A stretch of 25,706 bases of DNA, taken from IMG/VR virus record IMGVR_UViG_3300020045_003397, positions 1 to 25,706 of that record; one strand, given 5' to 3'. Source of the DNA: a virus (Duplodnaviria; Caudoviricetes). The first letter of the stretch is position 1, and each line of letters opens with the position of its first letter. Position numbers and translations under genes: made by a program. Below are positions 1 to 10,386 of the stretch, piece by piece. A model generated the notes under the pieces. The model was not told the origin of the DNA. It did no database searches and saw nothing but the letters and a program-made list of their open reading frames with translations.

Positions 1-2
1 CA

Positions 3-488
3 ACCGAATTTAATAAACTGTTTTCACCGGATCAAAGCAGCGAATTATACCGGAATATTGATAAGTTGATATTTCAAAATAAGTTAGTTATAATGCAATC
101 ACTTGCAGCAGCTATTCATGTTCATTTGGTACATAAGGTGCAGTTGGATTTGACACGGCAGAAGATCGGAATGAAAGCACAGCCAGACGAAGCACTGCAA
201 TACTACATTGAACAGGTGCAAGCGGTTGCCGGAATTGAGATTAAAACACTTGAAGATGTTGCAGCATTTCGTGATGAACTGGAGCGGTCAGTTGATAAAT
301 TTACTGAAATGTTCCCAGATAAAGAGCCGGTAAAAAGTGCTAAAATTATGGAACTGTTTTTTATTTACTGTCAAATAATGGAAATCAATCCTTCATATGC
401 TGATATGACATTAACAGAATTTGCTGATTTCAAAAACCAGGCAGAAGAGCGGAGCCGAAAAATGCAGGAACAATTAAAGAAAAAGTGA
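3..488 (+). CDS. Probable tail assembly chaperone (5' partial)
   Basis: Frame is open to the window edge. Helical protein upstream of the tape measure gene, with a chaperone-like C-terminus (YADMTLTEFADFKNQAEE). Positional call. Confidence 0.55.
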   Translation, partial: TEFNKLFSPDQSSELYRNIDKLIFQNKLVIMQSLAAAIHVHLVHKVQLDLTRQKIGMKAQPDEALQYYIEQVQAVAGIEIKTLEDVAAFRDELERSVDKFTEMFPDKEPVKSAKIMELFFIYCQIMEINPSYADMTLTEFADFKNQAEERSRKMQEQLKKK

Positions 489-489
489 T

Positions 490-738
490 ATGAAAACAAA
501 AACCACAACCAAGCAACAAATTGCTTTCTTATATTTTGATATAAAAGCAATATTTAAGTACTTCACCTTATACATGCACTTTAAGTTAGGTGAAAAAATA
601 CTTTATAAGACTAAAGACGGCAGTTGGAATGAAGGAAATTTCATTAAATGTAAATTTGGATTTATTCCATTAATACATGCTGATTGCGGGAATGGGATAG
701 TTTTGTTTGTAGCAGATAAGATTAAAAAATACGCATAG
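490..738 (+). CDS. Hypothetical protein between chaperone and tape measure genes
   Basis: 82-aa AT-rich ORF that fills the gap almost exactly (1 nt and 2 nt spacing). Confidence 0.55.
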   Translation: MKTKTTTKQQIAFLYFDIKAIFKYFTLYMHFKLGEKILYKTKDGSWNEGNFIKCKFGFIPLIHADCGNGIVLFVADKIKKYA

Positions 739-740
739 TT

Positions 741-3200
741 ATGGCCGAAATAGAATCCATTGTAAGCAAAGAAGCGATAGCCGGAATAAAGGCTGCTGAT
801 GAAGCATTGACTGCGTTCGATAAGAATATGCAATCGAGTATTACGGCGTTGAATCAATTTACGGTTGAGTTGAAAAAGCAGGGTATTACCGTTAAAGATT
901 TGGTTTCTATTCAGAAAGCACAAGTATCACAAACAAAGGTTATAAATGACGCTCAGAAAGAGGCCGCAAAAGTATTACGTGAATCAGAACGCGCTGCCAA
1001 AGCACAGGCCGCCACACTTGCTAAATTAGCCGCAAAAGAGAAGGAACACAACGAGGCGTTAAAGTTGGAAGTTAAGACGATTCAGGATGCACAAAGGCAG
1101 AATAAGGCACTAACACAGGAACGGAATAAGGCCGTTACTTCATTCGGCAAACAATCGCAGGCAGTTAAGGATTTGAACGCGAAATTAACTCAGAATACGG
1201 AGTTTATGAGGGCGAACGGAACGGCGGCAGATAAGCAACGGATGAACATAGGCAATTACGGGGCTGCATTGAGTGGCGCAAAAACAGCTGCTTTAGGTTT
1301 GGTTTCAGCGTTGGGTATAACAGCTGGTTTGGCAGGGGTTTTAAAGTTGGCACAAGGTATTATTGCCAGTACCGGTAAAACGGCTGATGAGTTTGAATTT
1401 ACTTTATCCGGATTAAAAGAACAGGCACAATTTGCGGCACGGGCATTTGCAAATTTTGACTTTACCAATTTTATACAGGGCATGAAAGATGCAAATAAAG
1501 AGGGTAGAAGGTATGCTGAAACATTAGATTTAATTGAAGATTTGCAACGTGCAAACCAACTACAGGCAAACGATATTGAACGGCAAATATTAGAGCAACG
1601 CATAATTGCAAAGAATAAAGGCAATGAGTTAGGAGTAAGGGAGGCCGCTGTAAAAGAGATTATCCGGCTTGAAGAACTTAAACTTACACAGGTTCAAACA
1701 ATTACAAAGAAAGGTATTGATAATGAACTTAAAAACGCTGCATTCAGAGGTAAAGTTAACGAGGCTGATGTACTTGATTTCGTAAAGAATTATGATAAGA
1801 AAGTCGAAGTAATTAAAAACGGACAAAAGTTAATTGCTGACATTGAAGCAAAAACCACTAAAACAGTCGCAACAAAGCAAGGTATTTATGTAGAGGTTGA
1901 AGATGTGGCAGCAAGAAAAAAAGCCTATGCAGATTTAACAGCAGCGCAAAAAGAATCAGTAAAGTTTGCCAATATAGAGAAGCAATTAACTGATGAAAAA
2001 CGGGCTTCAATAGTTGCCGCTGTCGATGCAGATCAAAAGGCAACAAATGAAATGTTATCCGGTAAAGAATCGCTTATAAGGTTGGAAAATTCACTAAGAA
2101 GTGAGCTGCTGAAAACTCAGGATGAAGGTTATGGAGGCGCTACAAAAGAAATTAAAAAACAAGTAACAGAACTAGATAAACTAACTACAAAAATATCTGA
2201 TCTTAATTCAGCCATGTATGAATTGAGGTTAACAAATCAGCCTATACCAGATTCAATGGTAAGGGAGTTGATAAGTTCACAGGCTGCTTTAGAACGGGTA
2301 AAAACTGAGGTAGAAGGTATTGCACTTGGAATGGCAGGAATACAAAGTAAAGGCGCAAAGATTATACCTGTAACCGGTGGCGGTACTCCTGTATTTACTC
2401 CACGTGTAACAGGTGGTTCAGGCGGTGCAGCAGCTAATGAAGTGCGATCAAAAATGTTCGGCGAAGGCGAGCTATCACAATTCGCTATTGAACAGGCGCA
2501 GGTTACCTCAGATGCAACGTTTCAGATTATATCGGATTCAGCTACGGCTGAATTTGATCTTAAAATGTCGCTACTTGAAAAGGAAAAAGAGGCTAAACTA
2601 AGTAACACCAATCTGACAGAGGCACAAAAGAATAAGATTGAAGCGGACTATGCTAAAAAGGCGGCAAAGTTAAAGACTGAACAGTTTAAAAAACAAAAGG
2701 CCGCCGATATTATTCAGGCTATTATTAACACGGCACTGGCAGTTAGTAAGGCATTGCCAAACGTTCCGTTATCAATAGCCGCCGGAGTTGCAGGAGCCGC
2801 ACAAGTGGCAGTAATAGCCGCTCAAAAAGTACCACAGTTTGACTCCGGAACAATCAACACCCCTTCAGAATTTATCGCTGGTGAACGTAGGCCGGAATGG
2901 ATGGTTGAGCCTTCAGGCCGTGTTCAGTTGGTAACAAAACCAACACACTTTAAGAATATGGCAGGCGCAACGGTTATAGGTGGTGCAGAAACGCAGCGAA
3001 TGTTAGAACAGGGACTTGCACCTTCTGCAATTGATTTACGGCCTGAGATACAGGCAATGCGAACGGATATAGTCAACACAATTCGCAACAAACGCGAACT
3101 ACATATCAGTGCAAGCGGCTCAAAGATTACCGAAAGACAAGGCAATTACAACAAAGAATATTTTAATCGGAAAGTTTCATGGTTACACAGGCAGAATTAA
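741..3200 (+). CDS. Tail tape measure protein
   Basis: 819 aa, Ala/Lys-rich coiled coil. Has the QRMNIGNY motif, hydrophobic Gly/Ala segments and a C-terminal AQVAVIAAQKVPQFDSG...AGERRPE signature typical of tape measure proteins. Confidence 0.9.
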   Translation: MAEIESIVSKEAIAGIKAADEALTAFDKNMQSSITALNQFTVELKKQGITVKDLVSIQKAQVSQTKVINDAQKEAAKVLRESERAAKAQAATLAKLAAKEKEHNEALKLEVKTIQDAQRQNKALTQERNKAVTSFGKQSQAVKDLNAKLTQNTEFMRANGTAADKQRMNIGNYGAALSGAKTAALGLVSALGITAGLAGVLKLAQGIIASTGKTADEFEFTLSGLKEQAQFAARAFANFDFTNFIQGMKDANKEGRRYAETLDLIEDLQRANQLQANDIERQILEQRIIAKNKGNELGVREAAVKEIIRLEELKLTQVQTITKKGIDNELKNAAFRGKVNEADVLDFVKNYDKKVEVIKNGQKLIADIEAKTTKTVATKQGIYVEVEDVAARKKAYADLTAAQKESVKFANIEKQLTDEKRASIVAAVDADQKATNEMLSGKESLIRLENSLRSELLKTQDEGYGGATKEIKKQVTELDKLTTKISDLNSAMYELRLTNQPIPDSMVRELISSQAALERVKTEVEGIALGMAGIQSKGAKIIPVTGGGTPVFTPRVTGGSGGAAANEVRSKMFGEGELSQFAIEQAQVTSDATFQIISDSATAEFDLKMSLLEKEKEAKLSNTNLTEAQKNKIEADYAKKAAKLKTEQFKKQKAADIIQAIINTALAVSKALPNVPLSIAAGVAGAAQVAVIAAQKVPQFDSGTINTPSEFIAGERRPEWMVEPSGRVQLVTKPTHFKNMAGATVIGGAETQRMLEQGLAPSAIDLRPEIQAMRTDIVNTIRNKRELHISASGSKITERQGNYNKEYFNRKVSWLHRQN

Positions 3201-6181
3201 AGGCAAAGAATACACCGATTGACGGTAAACGGTTTGCATTTGTTTTGCAGAACGGTGCAACACCTTACACCCTGAAATATGCCCCTGACGGTTGGGAAGA
3301 TGACGAATACAAATTAGTGAGGGATATGCAATATTTCGGGGTGTTCCGAAAATTTGCAGTATCAGAACTGAAATTCGTAAAAGATGGACGGGATTACTTG
3401 GCAGCAGTTTACGAAGCAGACGGAGTAAACGGGGATTGTTCATTCACAGTTACCGAAACAACACCTTCAGGAATTCCCCGCAACAGGTTTACCGGTTACA
3501 TTGATTTTTCTACCTATAAAATTACTGAGTTATCGGTAGATGTCCAGATTATAGACGGATCATTTACTGATTTGGTATTGAGCCGAAAAAATACTGAGGT
3601 TAATCTACTTGGCACTGTTTCAATTGACGGGGACACATTGGCACCTCCTGCAACTGAATTTCTGATAGTACCTGAAATAAATATTAACCAGGTAGCAAAT
3701 TGGGCTGGTTATGATTATGATACTGTTTACAATGGATTGCATTATTTATTCGTTAGGCTTGTAAATAGCGAATTTACTGAGGCAAAAACAGCAGACACTT
3801 ACGGCGAAATGTTTTTTTCAGATGCACAGGCTGATTATCTAGGATCAAAGCTAAACTATAAAATACAGGGAGTTTTAACCGGTGACAGTCCATCAGCCGA
3901 ATTTATTTGGAATTACTACATATCAAAATGGGTAGGTGCAACTGAAACGATACTTTATACTGGGGTTGTTTTATTTATTGGTGATACTCCTATAAATATT
4001 GACATTAGCAGCCTTTTAACATTAGATATAAATACGGGGGATTCTCTTTCTATTCGTGGAAACATAACCAACACGTCAGGCACCGGAATAGTTCAGTTTA
4101 GCAATATAGAATTAAAATTAACTAAACTAACAAACTCAATACCGGAAAGGACTATTAAGATGTTTCTTTATCACGAAGCATTTGAGCGGGCATTACAGCA
4201 CTTAACAGGAAATACAAGTAAGTTCTATTCAAATCTTTTGGGAAGGATTGAAATAGGATACGATGCAGATGGGGCATTCGGGTCAATTACATCAGGGCGA
4301 TATATCCGAAATATATTTGGTTTAAACTCAACTATGCCGGTTACGCTTGAAAATCTTTACAAGTCAATTAAAGTAATTTACTGTGCAGGCATGGGTATTG
4401 AAGCAATTGGTGGTGTCGAAAAGGTGGTAATTGAAAGCATTGAACACTTCTTTAATAATACAGTTATTGTAAATGTTTCAAACCGGATTGCAGCCGAAAC
4501 AATCGTAAAAGAATACTACCCTGAACTAGCATTTAATCAAATAATGTGCGGATATAATTCGTATGATTACGAAGCGTTAGGAGGTATTTATGAATACAAT
4601 ACGGCTAATAAATATAGCACTTGCATTAAGCCTGTAGAAAAGAAATTAGAAATAATTTCACCATATAGGGCTGATTTGTCAATTTATATAAAACTAACAA
4701 CAGAGCCGGAAGAAAATAGAGATATACAGGGGGAAAGTGACATTATTATAATTGATACAATAAAGGATGGGATTGATTATGTGGCAAGGACATCAGAGGG
4801 TTTCACACAGGCCGAAGCAGAAAGCAATACCGATGTACTGTTAAACCTTATGTTAACACCGGCCAGAATCATACGCCGTTGGGGTTCGTTTCTTCGTGGA
4901 TTCCTAGAAAAGTATCTGACTTCTGAATTGGTTTGGCAGACTTCGGATAAGAACACAAAGTTAAAATCAACTGAAACAGGCGGATCTGAAATCATTGAAA
5001 ACGCTTCGATATTGGTTTCAACCTTGGCTAATCCTTTATGGCATCCTGAGGTATTTACTTTAGAGGTTCCGGCACTTGAAAATGATATCGAACTGATTAA
5101 AGATAATCCGTATGGGTTGATTCAAATTACAGGAACAGAATACGGTTGGATATTAGACTACAAGAGTAAGAACGAAAACGGGAAGAGTGAATTTATACTT
5201 TTACGCTGTAACACTGACTATGTTACTCCAGGCGGTTCCCCGGTTTACCCTGCATCAATCACGATAAATAAAACTATTACCGGATTTCCCGAAGATTTAG
5301 AAACGAAGTTCAAAGTTACAATACTTTCGAGCGGTGGCGGTTCGTACTACGATTTAACAATTACGCAGGGCGTTCCGCTTGTTTTAACAAATGTTCCATA
5401 CGGTGATTATATTGTAACAGAAACTTTTATTCCTGAAGGGTATGTACTAAGTTCAATAACCGGTGGCACGTTCACAATTGATAAGGATAATTTGCATTTT
5501 GTTGTTGATATTGTAAACATCAAATATGATTCGGTGATGTACGGCGGATTATATAATAATATGGCCGTTCGTGATGCAAGAGAAATAACAGCATCCGGTT
5601 ATTCAGTAGCTACAAAAACGGATTTTGAAACACTACAAACTTATTTAGGTGGTGCTGCAATTTCTGGCGGTAAACTCAAAGAAGCAGGGTTAACATATTG
5701 GAATAATCCAAACACGGGCGCAACGAATGACTTTTTATTTAACTTCAAAGGGAACGGGCAAAGGTCAGGATTAGATGGAACGTTTGATTCGTTAAAAAAT
5801 AACGGTTTTGTATGGACTGATGTATATGCCGGTTATGGAGGGAATTACTATCAATTCTATTGTTCATACAATTCAGCTGCATCAGTATCAAATGGAGTTA
5901 AACCTGAAAAATATGGATTAGGATTGCGAATAATTAAAGACATACCAACAGCAGCAGATTTACTTAAAACAGACGGCCAGCCATGTGATCCTTATATTGA
6001 TCCATCAGGTTATGTTTACGAAACGGTAAAGATCGGAACACAAGTATTTGTTAGATCAAACGTAAAAACAAAGCACTACCGAAACGGTGAATCAATCGCT
6101 ATAGTTACCGATAACTCCGAATGGTCTGCACTAACAACCGGCGCAATGTGCTACTACAATAACGACATAAACAACGCATAG
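3179..6181 (+). CDS. Large tail/baseplate protein with a Cna-B/SpaA-like domain and a C-terminal Fib_succ_major-like domain
   Basis: 1000 aa directly after the tape measure gene, with N-terminal LKYAPDGW. SITINKT...LTNVPYGDYIVTETFIPEGY at about 5252-5520. YGGLYN...GGKLKEAG..YWNNPNTGATN...GLRIIKD at 5540-5941. Confidence 0.8.
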   Translation: MVTQAELKAKNTPIDGKRFAFVLQNGATPYTLKYAPDGWEDDEYKLVRDMQYFGVFRKFAVSELKFVKDGRDYLAAVYEADGVNGDCSFTVTETTPSGIPRNRFTGYIDFSTYKITELSVDVQIIDGSFTDLVLSRKNTEVNLLGTVSIDGDTLAPPATEFLIVPEININQVANWAGYDYDTVYNGLHYLFVRLVNSEFTEAKTADTYGEMFFSDAQADYLGSKLNYKIQGVLTGDSPSAEFIWNYYISKWVGATETILYTGVVLFIGDTPINIDISSLLTLDINTGDSLSIRGNITNTSGTGIVQFSNIELKLTKLTNSIPERTIKMFLYHEAFERALQHLTGNTSKFYSNLLGRIEIGYDADGAFGSITSGRYIRNIFGLNSTMPVTLENLYKSIKVIYCAGMGIEAIGGVEKVVIESIEHFFNNTVIVNVSNRIAAETIVKEYYPELAFNQIMCGYNSYDYEALGGIYEYNTANKYSTCIKPVEKKLEIISPYRADLSIYIKLTTEPEENRDIQGESDIIIIDTIKDGIDYVARTSEGFTQAEAESNTDVLLNLMLTPARIIRRWGSFLRGFLEKYLTSELVWQTSDKNTKLKSTETGGSEIIENASILVSTLANPLWHPEVFTLEVPALENDIELIKDNPYGLIQITGTEYGWILDYKSKNENGKSEFILLRCNTDYVTPGGSPVYPASITINKTITGFPEDLETKFKVTILSSGGGSYYDLTITQGVPLVLTNVPYGDYIVTETFIPEGYVLSSITGGTFTIDKDNLHFVVDIVNIKYDSVMYGGLYNNMAVRDAREITASGYSVATKTDFETLQTYLGGAAISGGKLKEAGLTYWNNPNTGATNDFLFNFKGNGQRSGLDGTFDSLKNNGFVWTDVYAGYGGNYYQFYCSYNSAASVSNGVKPEKYGLGLRIIKDIPTAADLLKTDGQPCDPYIDPSGYVYETVKIGTQVFVRSNVKTKHYRNGESIAIVTDNSEWSALTTGAMCYYNNDINNA

Positions 6182-6184
6182 AAA

Positions 6185-6958
6185 ATGATAAATATACCCA
6201 TCGCACAATCAATCCGATTCAGGCCGATAAATAACGACCTGCCAAACTTCGATAATACTTTCGCGGCTGATGCTGATTCGTTCCCATATGCGTTTACTCA
6301 GTACGTCAATCCTGAAACTATACCGATTCAGATAGTTACACCGGATGATAATGAATCATTGGCATATTTGGATTTGATACATAACGGAACGAGAACCCGC
6401 ATAGTTGATGAATCAACTACTTATATCGGTGATTTTAAATACAATACTTTTCCGGTGCTGTTAGGTAGTTATTCAGGACAATGCTCTTACATGGAGGCAT
6501 TTTTAGAAGTTAACGGAGGAGGCGAAGTACTTTCATATCGTTCTGAGCGATTCAGCGTACTGGAACAGCCTAAGTACTTGCGTTTGGACTGGTTCAATTC
6601 TGAAAACTCTTGGCAAATGGATTATTCCGCTGGGTTGGTACATTCGATGTGGGTAGATGCAAAACAATGGAAACTACAGCCTGCCGGTGATGCTTCAATT
6701 TACATGAATCAGGGCGAAGTTGTAAAGTTAAAAGAAACAGTACAGCGGGTTTTCCTTTTGGAATGTGAAGTTCCGTATTATATTGCTGAACAAATGATTT
6801 TAGCAATGGCGCACGATAGATTTTACATAAATTCGATTGAGTTTGTTACTGAAAAAAAGGCCACAATTACGCAGTTAGGCCAGTCTATGATGTATTCGTT
6901 TTCGGCAGAGGTAAAGCAAAAGACAATAGTAGGATTGAATACGCATGATGTTGGATAG
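6185..6958 (+). CDS. Putative tail/virion structural protein
   Basis: 257-aa beta-rich ORF coupled to the upstream tail gene. Positional call. Confidence 0.6.
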   Translation: MINIPIAQSIRFRPINNDLPNFDNTFAADADSFPYAFTQYVNPETIPIQIVTPDDNESLAYLDLIHNGTRTRIVDESTTYIGDFKYNTFPVLLGSYSGQCSYMEAFLEVNGGGEVLSYRSERFSVLEQPKYLRLDWFNSENSWQMDYSAGLVHSMWVDAKQWKLQPAGDASIYMNQGEVVKLKETVQRVFLLECEVPYYIAEQMILAMAHDRFYINSIEFVTEKKATITQLGQSMMYSFSAEVKQKTIVGLNTHDVG

Positions 6959-7012
6959 TAATTTTATCAACAAATTGAGCAAAAGGTAAATAAGAACTTA
7001 AATTTGCAATGA

Positions 7013-8635
7013 ATGGAAACAAATCTGAAATATATCAACCTTATTTGTACTTACCTGGGTGGGGTTGGTGGGCATAATCTGAACATTGCAGGTGAAAACG
7101 AGATTTGCACTTTGTTAGGTGGCACCGGTGGGCACTTTTTAGAAATCAACGCATTGAATGAAATCTGCACTATTCAGGGAGTAACAGCAGGGCATTCGCT
7201 GAACTTGTCGGCATTGAGTGCGATAGGGGCGACTACGTATAAGACGAATTTGGAGGCATGGAAAAACATTCAGGAATACACAGTGTTGAACCACAACGAA
7301 CCGGAAACGGTTGCGCTATTAGCACGAATGACTACGCAGCCAGACGCAGCCAGAATAACGATTATTAACGATACTATAAAAGAATTAAAAACATCCGGAT
7401 TATTTGATTTAGCTGATGTTATCAGATTTCATGCAGGTGCTAATGAACAGGCAGTTTTGCTTAATTGGAAAAAGGATTCGCACAACGCTGTAAAAGTTGG
7501 TACTCCTACTATACATGCAGATAGAGGAATTGAGGGAACGCGAACAGGGTATATTAATAGCAAATTCAATGCTTTTTCGGGTGGTGTAAACTATTCACAG
7601 GATTCTGCTACAATTGCTCTTTTCAAAATAAAATCTGAAAATGCTATCGTTGTTGATTGTGGGGCGCAAATGTCAACAACATCACGAAGGATTATGATCG
7701 GAGGTGGAAGTAATAATTTTGGGAGGTTGCATGTAAGTTCAGTTCCATCATTTACAGCTACATATCTGCCTTATTCTAATACACTTTTTGAAATTGCGGT
7801 TAGAAGTGCATCGAATTTAGTTACCAAATATCTGGACGGCATTCAATCTTACACCTATACAACTGTAAGTGATACGCCACCAGATTTAGAATTATTTGAA
7901 CTTGCAAATAACTCAGGAGGCGACGTTAATTTACCATCTATTTCTATAATCGGTGCTTTGTATATTGGCGCAAAATTAACAGCAGATCAGGTAATTGCAT
8001 TAAATGGAATTGTTAAAAATTATCTTATAAAAGTAGGTGCAATAAAGGATTTTATAGGTATAATTGGAGATAGTACGGTAGCTGCTTATAGTGGATTCAA
8101 CCCTGTTTGTACTTACTTGAATGATGAATATAATTATAGTGCAGTACACTTAGCAACACCCGCAGACACTATAAACGGTCAGTTACTAAAATGGAATGCA
8201 CTATCAGCAGTTACTAAGTTGCAATTTACCAAAGTAATGGTGCAAATTGGAATTAATGATTGCAATTATACCATTCCTTTAGCTACTACACTTGCAAAAT
8301 ATCAGGAATTAATTGATAAAATTAAATCTGAAATATCAGCTACTTGTAAAATAGTTGGATGCACACTAACCCCGTTCAGAGGTCGATTTGATACGCTTTA
8401 CACAACTAATGCACCAACAGCATACGCAAATTGGTTAGCTATAAATGCAGCGATAAAAGGAGAGGGCGCAACCCCATTTACAAAAATTGATATGGTTGTA
8501 AGCGATCATACTACAACTATGGATGCAGGGGATGGATATTTAGCTGCTATCTATGATTCAGGGGATGGAGGACACGAAAACGATTTGGGTAGGGCAGTTG
8601 TTGGGGCAGCATGGAAGGCAGTAATTGAATCTTAA
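7013..8635 (+). CDS. Virion-associated protein with a C-terminal SGNH/GDSL hydrolase domain
   Basis: SGNH blocks IGDST, QIGIND and DGGH. N-terminal 20-aa repeats and a central beta-rich region. Confidence 0.8.
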   Translation: METNLKYINLICTYLGGVGGHNLNIAGENEICTLLGGTGGHFLEINALNEICTIQGVTAGHSLNLSALSAIGATTYKTNLEAWKNIQEYTVLNHNEPETVALLARMTTQPDAARITIINDTIKELKTSGLFDLADVIRFHAGANEQAVLLNWKKDSHNAVKVGTPTIHADRGIEGTRTGYINSKFNAFSGGVNYSQDSATIALFKIKSENAIVVDCGAQMSTTSRRIMIGGGSNNFGRLHVSSVPSFTATYLPYSNTLFEIAVRSASNLVTKYLDGIQSYTYTTVSDTPPDLELFELANNSGGDVNLPSISIIGALYIGAKLTADQVIALNGIVKNYLIKVGAIKDFIGIIGDSTVAAYSGFNPVCTYLNDEYNYSAVHLATPADTINGQLLKWNALSAVTKLQFTKVMVQIGINDCNYTIPLATTLAKYQELIDKIKSEISATCKIVGCTLTPFRGRFDTLYTTNAPTAYANWLAINAAIKGEGATPFTKIDMVVSDHTTTMDAGDGYLAAIYDSGDGGHENDLGRAVVGAAWKAVIES

Positions 8636-8656
8636 AAATGGTTCACATTTGGAACA

Positions 8657-8995
8657 ATGAAAGCACTTTTAACCGCCATATTATTACTCATAACCATGAC
8701 CACAACGGCTCAGACTTACAACCTGTCGCAAATGTCAGCATGTCGTGTAAAGCGGGGCGAAGTGATAGGACGGGCAGTTCTGAATGATGTTGGCGACATA
8801 GTAAAGTTTTCAATCAAATCAGATCCGACTAAATGCCTTTCAATTGACAAACAGAGCCGAATAATAATAGCGAATGAAAAGCGATGGAACAAATTACCGG
8901 AGGGGCTTTATATAGTGCGGATTCAACTAAAGCACGGCAAAGCGTCATTCGTTGCGACTGTTAAAGTATATAAGCTATGTACGACGAACCGCTGA
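8657..8995 (+). CDS. Hypothetical exported protein (possibly cadherin/Ig-like)
   Basis: Signal-peptide-like N-terminus (MKALLTAILLLITMTTTAQ) and beta-strand pattern. Confidence 0.55.
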   Translation: MKALLTAILLLITMTTTAQTYNLSQMSACRVKRGEVIGRAVLNDVGDIVKFSIKSDPTKCLSIDKQSRIIIANEKRWNKLPEGLYIVRIQLKHGKASFVATVKVYKLCTTNR

Positions 8996-9291
8996 CAATA
9001 CCGGAAGCGCAACAGGCACGAATCACAGTTGAAAGGCTGGGAGGGTGGCACGTTATCGGATGGGTTCAGGATTCAGGATGGGAAGCGGTTGTTAATAATG
9101 GTGAAGAGTGGGGACGGATATTAGAGGACGGCACAATGCGAATTAACGGCGAAATGGTTCAGGACAAATCATTGGCATTGACAGACGAATATAGCGGAAT
9201 GTGGGGGCCAGGTTACGGGAGGGAAGCACAGAATCGGGCGGGATTGCTGCATAAATATTATCGAAAAAAAAGATACTTTAAAAACTTGTAG
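8977..9291 (+). CDS. Hypothetical protein
   Basis: 104-aa ORF overlapping the upstream gene on the operon strand. Confidence 0.55.
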   Translation: MYDEPLTIPEAQQARITVERLGGWHVIGWVQDSGWEAVVNNGEEWGRILEDGTMRINGEMVQDKSLALTDEYSGMWGPGYGREAQNRAGLLHKYYRKKRYFKNL

Positions 9292-9295
9292 GACT

Positions 9296-9538
9296 ATGGC
9301 GTATGGATTCTTAGAAGATTCGAAAGGCAACAAATCAAACAGCCGGTTAATAGGTGATGTATTGATTGGGTTTGCTATGGTTGTTTCTATTGCATTTATT
9401 GTGATTAAATTTGTTAAACCGTCAATAGATTTGATTAATTTAGCACAGGCAATAGGGCTGCTATTTGGTACTGTTGCAGGTATGGCAATGACTTTTTTAG
9501 GATTTCAAAAACGGACTGAAAATAAAGATGAATCATGA
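9296..9538 (+). CDS. Putative holin
   Basis: 80 aa, two hydrophobic segments, charged C-terminus, located upstream of the endolysin. Confidence 0.65.
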   Translation: MAYGFLEDSKGNKSNSRLIGDVLIGFAMVVSIAFIVIKFVKPSIDLINLAQAIGLLFGTVAGMAMTFLGFQKRTENKDES

Positions 9539-9816
9539 CAAGTACAGCAAGCTCACGCGCTCAATTTATTTACGGTATTTTACTATCTTTGATTCTGGCC
9601 GGTGTTGGCTGGAACCTATCAATTTTAAGTGAAATAAAATCTGATATGAATATCTGGATTGAACGGACTACACGGGTAGAAACTCAGGTAAAATATAATG
9701 AGTTCGATGTGTTGAAAGTCCGCGAAGATGTAAAAGAACTAAATAACAGAATGCTAAAACTTGAAGCAATAATAAGAGAAGAAAAAACCTTTAAAAACTA
9801 CGCAGATGGAAATTGA
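9535..9816 (+). CDS. Membrane-anchored coiled-coil protein of the lysis module
   Basis: One N-terminal TM segment followed by heptad-like sequence. ATGA overlap with the holin. Confidence 0.6.
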   Translation: MTSTASSRAQFIYGILLSLILAGVGWNLSILSEIKSDMNIWIERTTRVETQVKYNEFDVLKVREDVKELNNRMLKLEAIIREEKTFKNYADGN

Positions 9817-9964
9817 TGTAATTTGTAAAGCCTGTTCATTCGGGCCGTGTAAGATAGGAAACCTTGCACACAACTGCCAATCAACCGTAAAACCGGCTAA
9901 TGTTTATACGGTTCAGGATATGGTAAACTTTCGAATGGTGCAAATCTTAAAGGCGCAAGAATGA
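9806..9964 (+). CDS. Small Cys-rich hypothetical protein (52 aa; absent from ORF track)
   Basis: Hand translation MEIDVICKACSFGPCKIG...ILKAQE*. Fills the gap, and its TGA overlaps the endolysin ATG. Confidence 0.55.
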   Translation: MEIDVICKACSFGPCKIGNLAHNCQSTVKPANVYTVQDMVNFRMVQILKAQE

Positions 9965-10386
9965 AAGTTTCAGAACATTTCGATCTTCGCGAATTTGTTG
10001 ATCCGGTTACCTTCGGAAAATTTGGTGATAAATCATTGCAGTTTATTGATCCAAAAATATTCGCTATTGCTGAAGCATTCAGGGCATTGTTATTCGTACC
10101 AGTGACAATTAACACTTGGCACACCGGCGGGAAATACAAAGAATCAGGTTTGCGCCGGTTCGATACCGCAACAGGGGCGAAATATTCGCAACATAAATTT
10201 GGCCGTGCTATTGATATTAAGGTAGTCGGGTCAAATTACAACGAATTACGCAGTTTGGTACGTTATCATTGGGCGGAGTTAAAAGAGGCCGGATTGACCA
10301 CAATGGAACTCGACACGCCGACATGGTTACACTTGGATTGCAGAAATACCGGTTTAGATTCACTTTATGAAATACCGTTCAAATGA
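9961..10386 (+). CDS. Endolysin, peptidase M15-like (Zn-dependent)
   Basis: SEHFDLREF start, SGLR, SQHKFGRAIDI and WLHLD match the M15 H-x6-D...H zinc ligands. Confidence 0.88.
   Translation: MKVSEHFDLREFVDPVTFGKFGDKSLQFIDPKIFAIAEAFRALLFVPVTINTWHTGGKYKESGLRRFDTATGAKYSQHKFGRAIDIKVVGSNYNELRSLVRYHWAELKEAGLTTMELDTPTWLHLDCRNTGLDSLYEIPFK

Noticed and set aside
5540-6181. Diversity-generating retroelement targeting the tail domain
   Set aside because: I saw no template repeat differing at adenines and no RT in the window. It cannot be excluded elsewhere in the genome.
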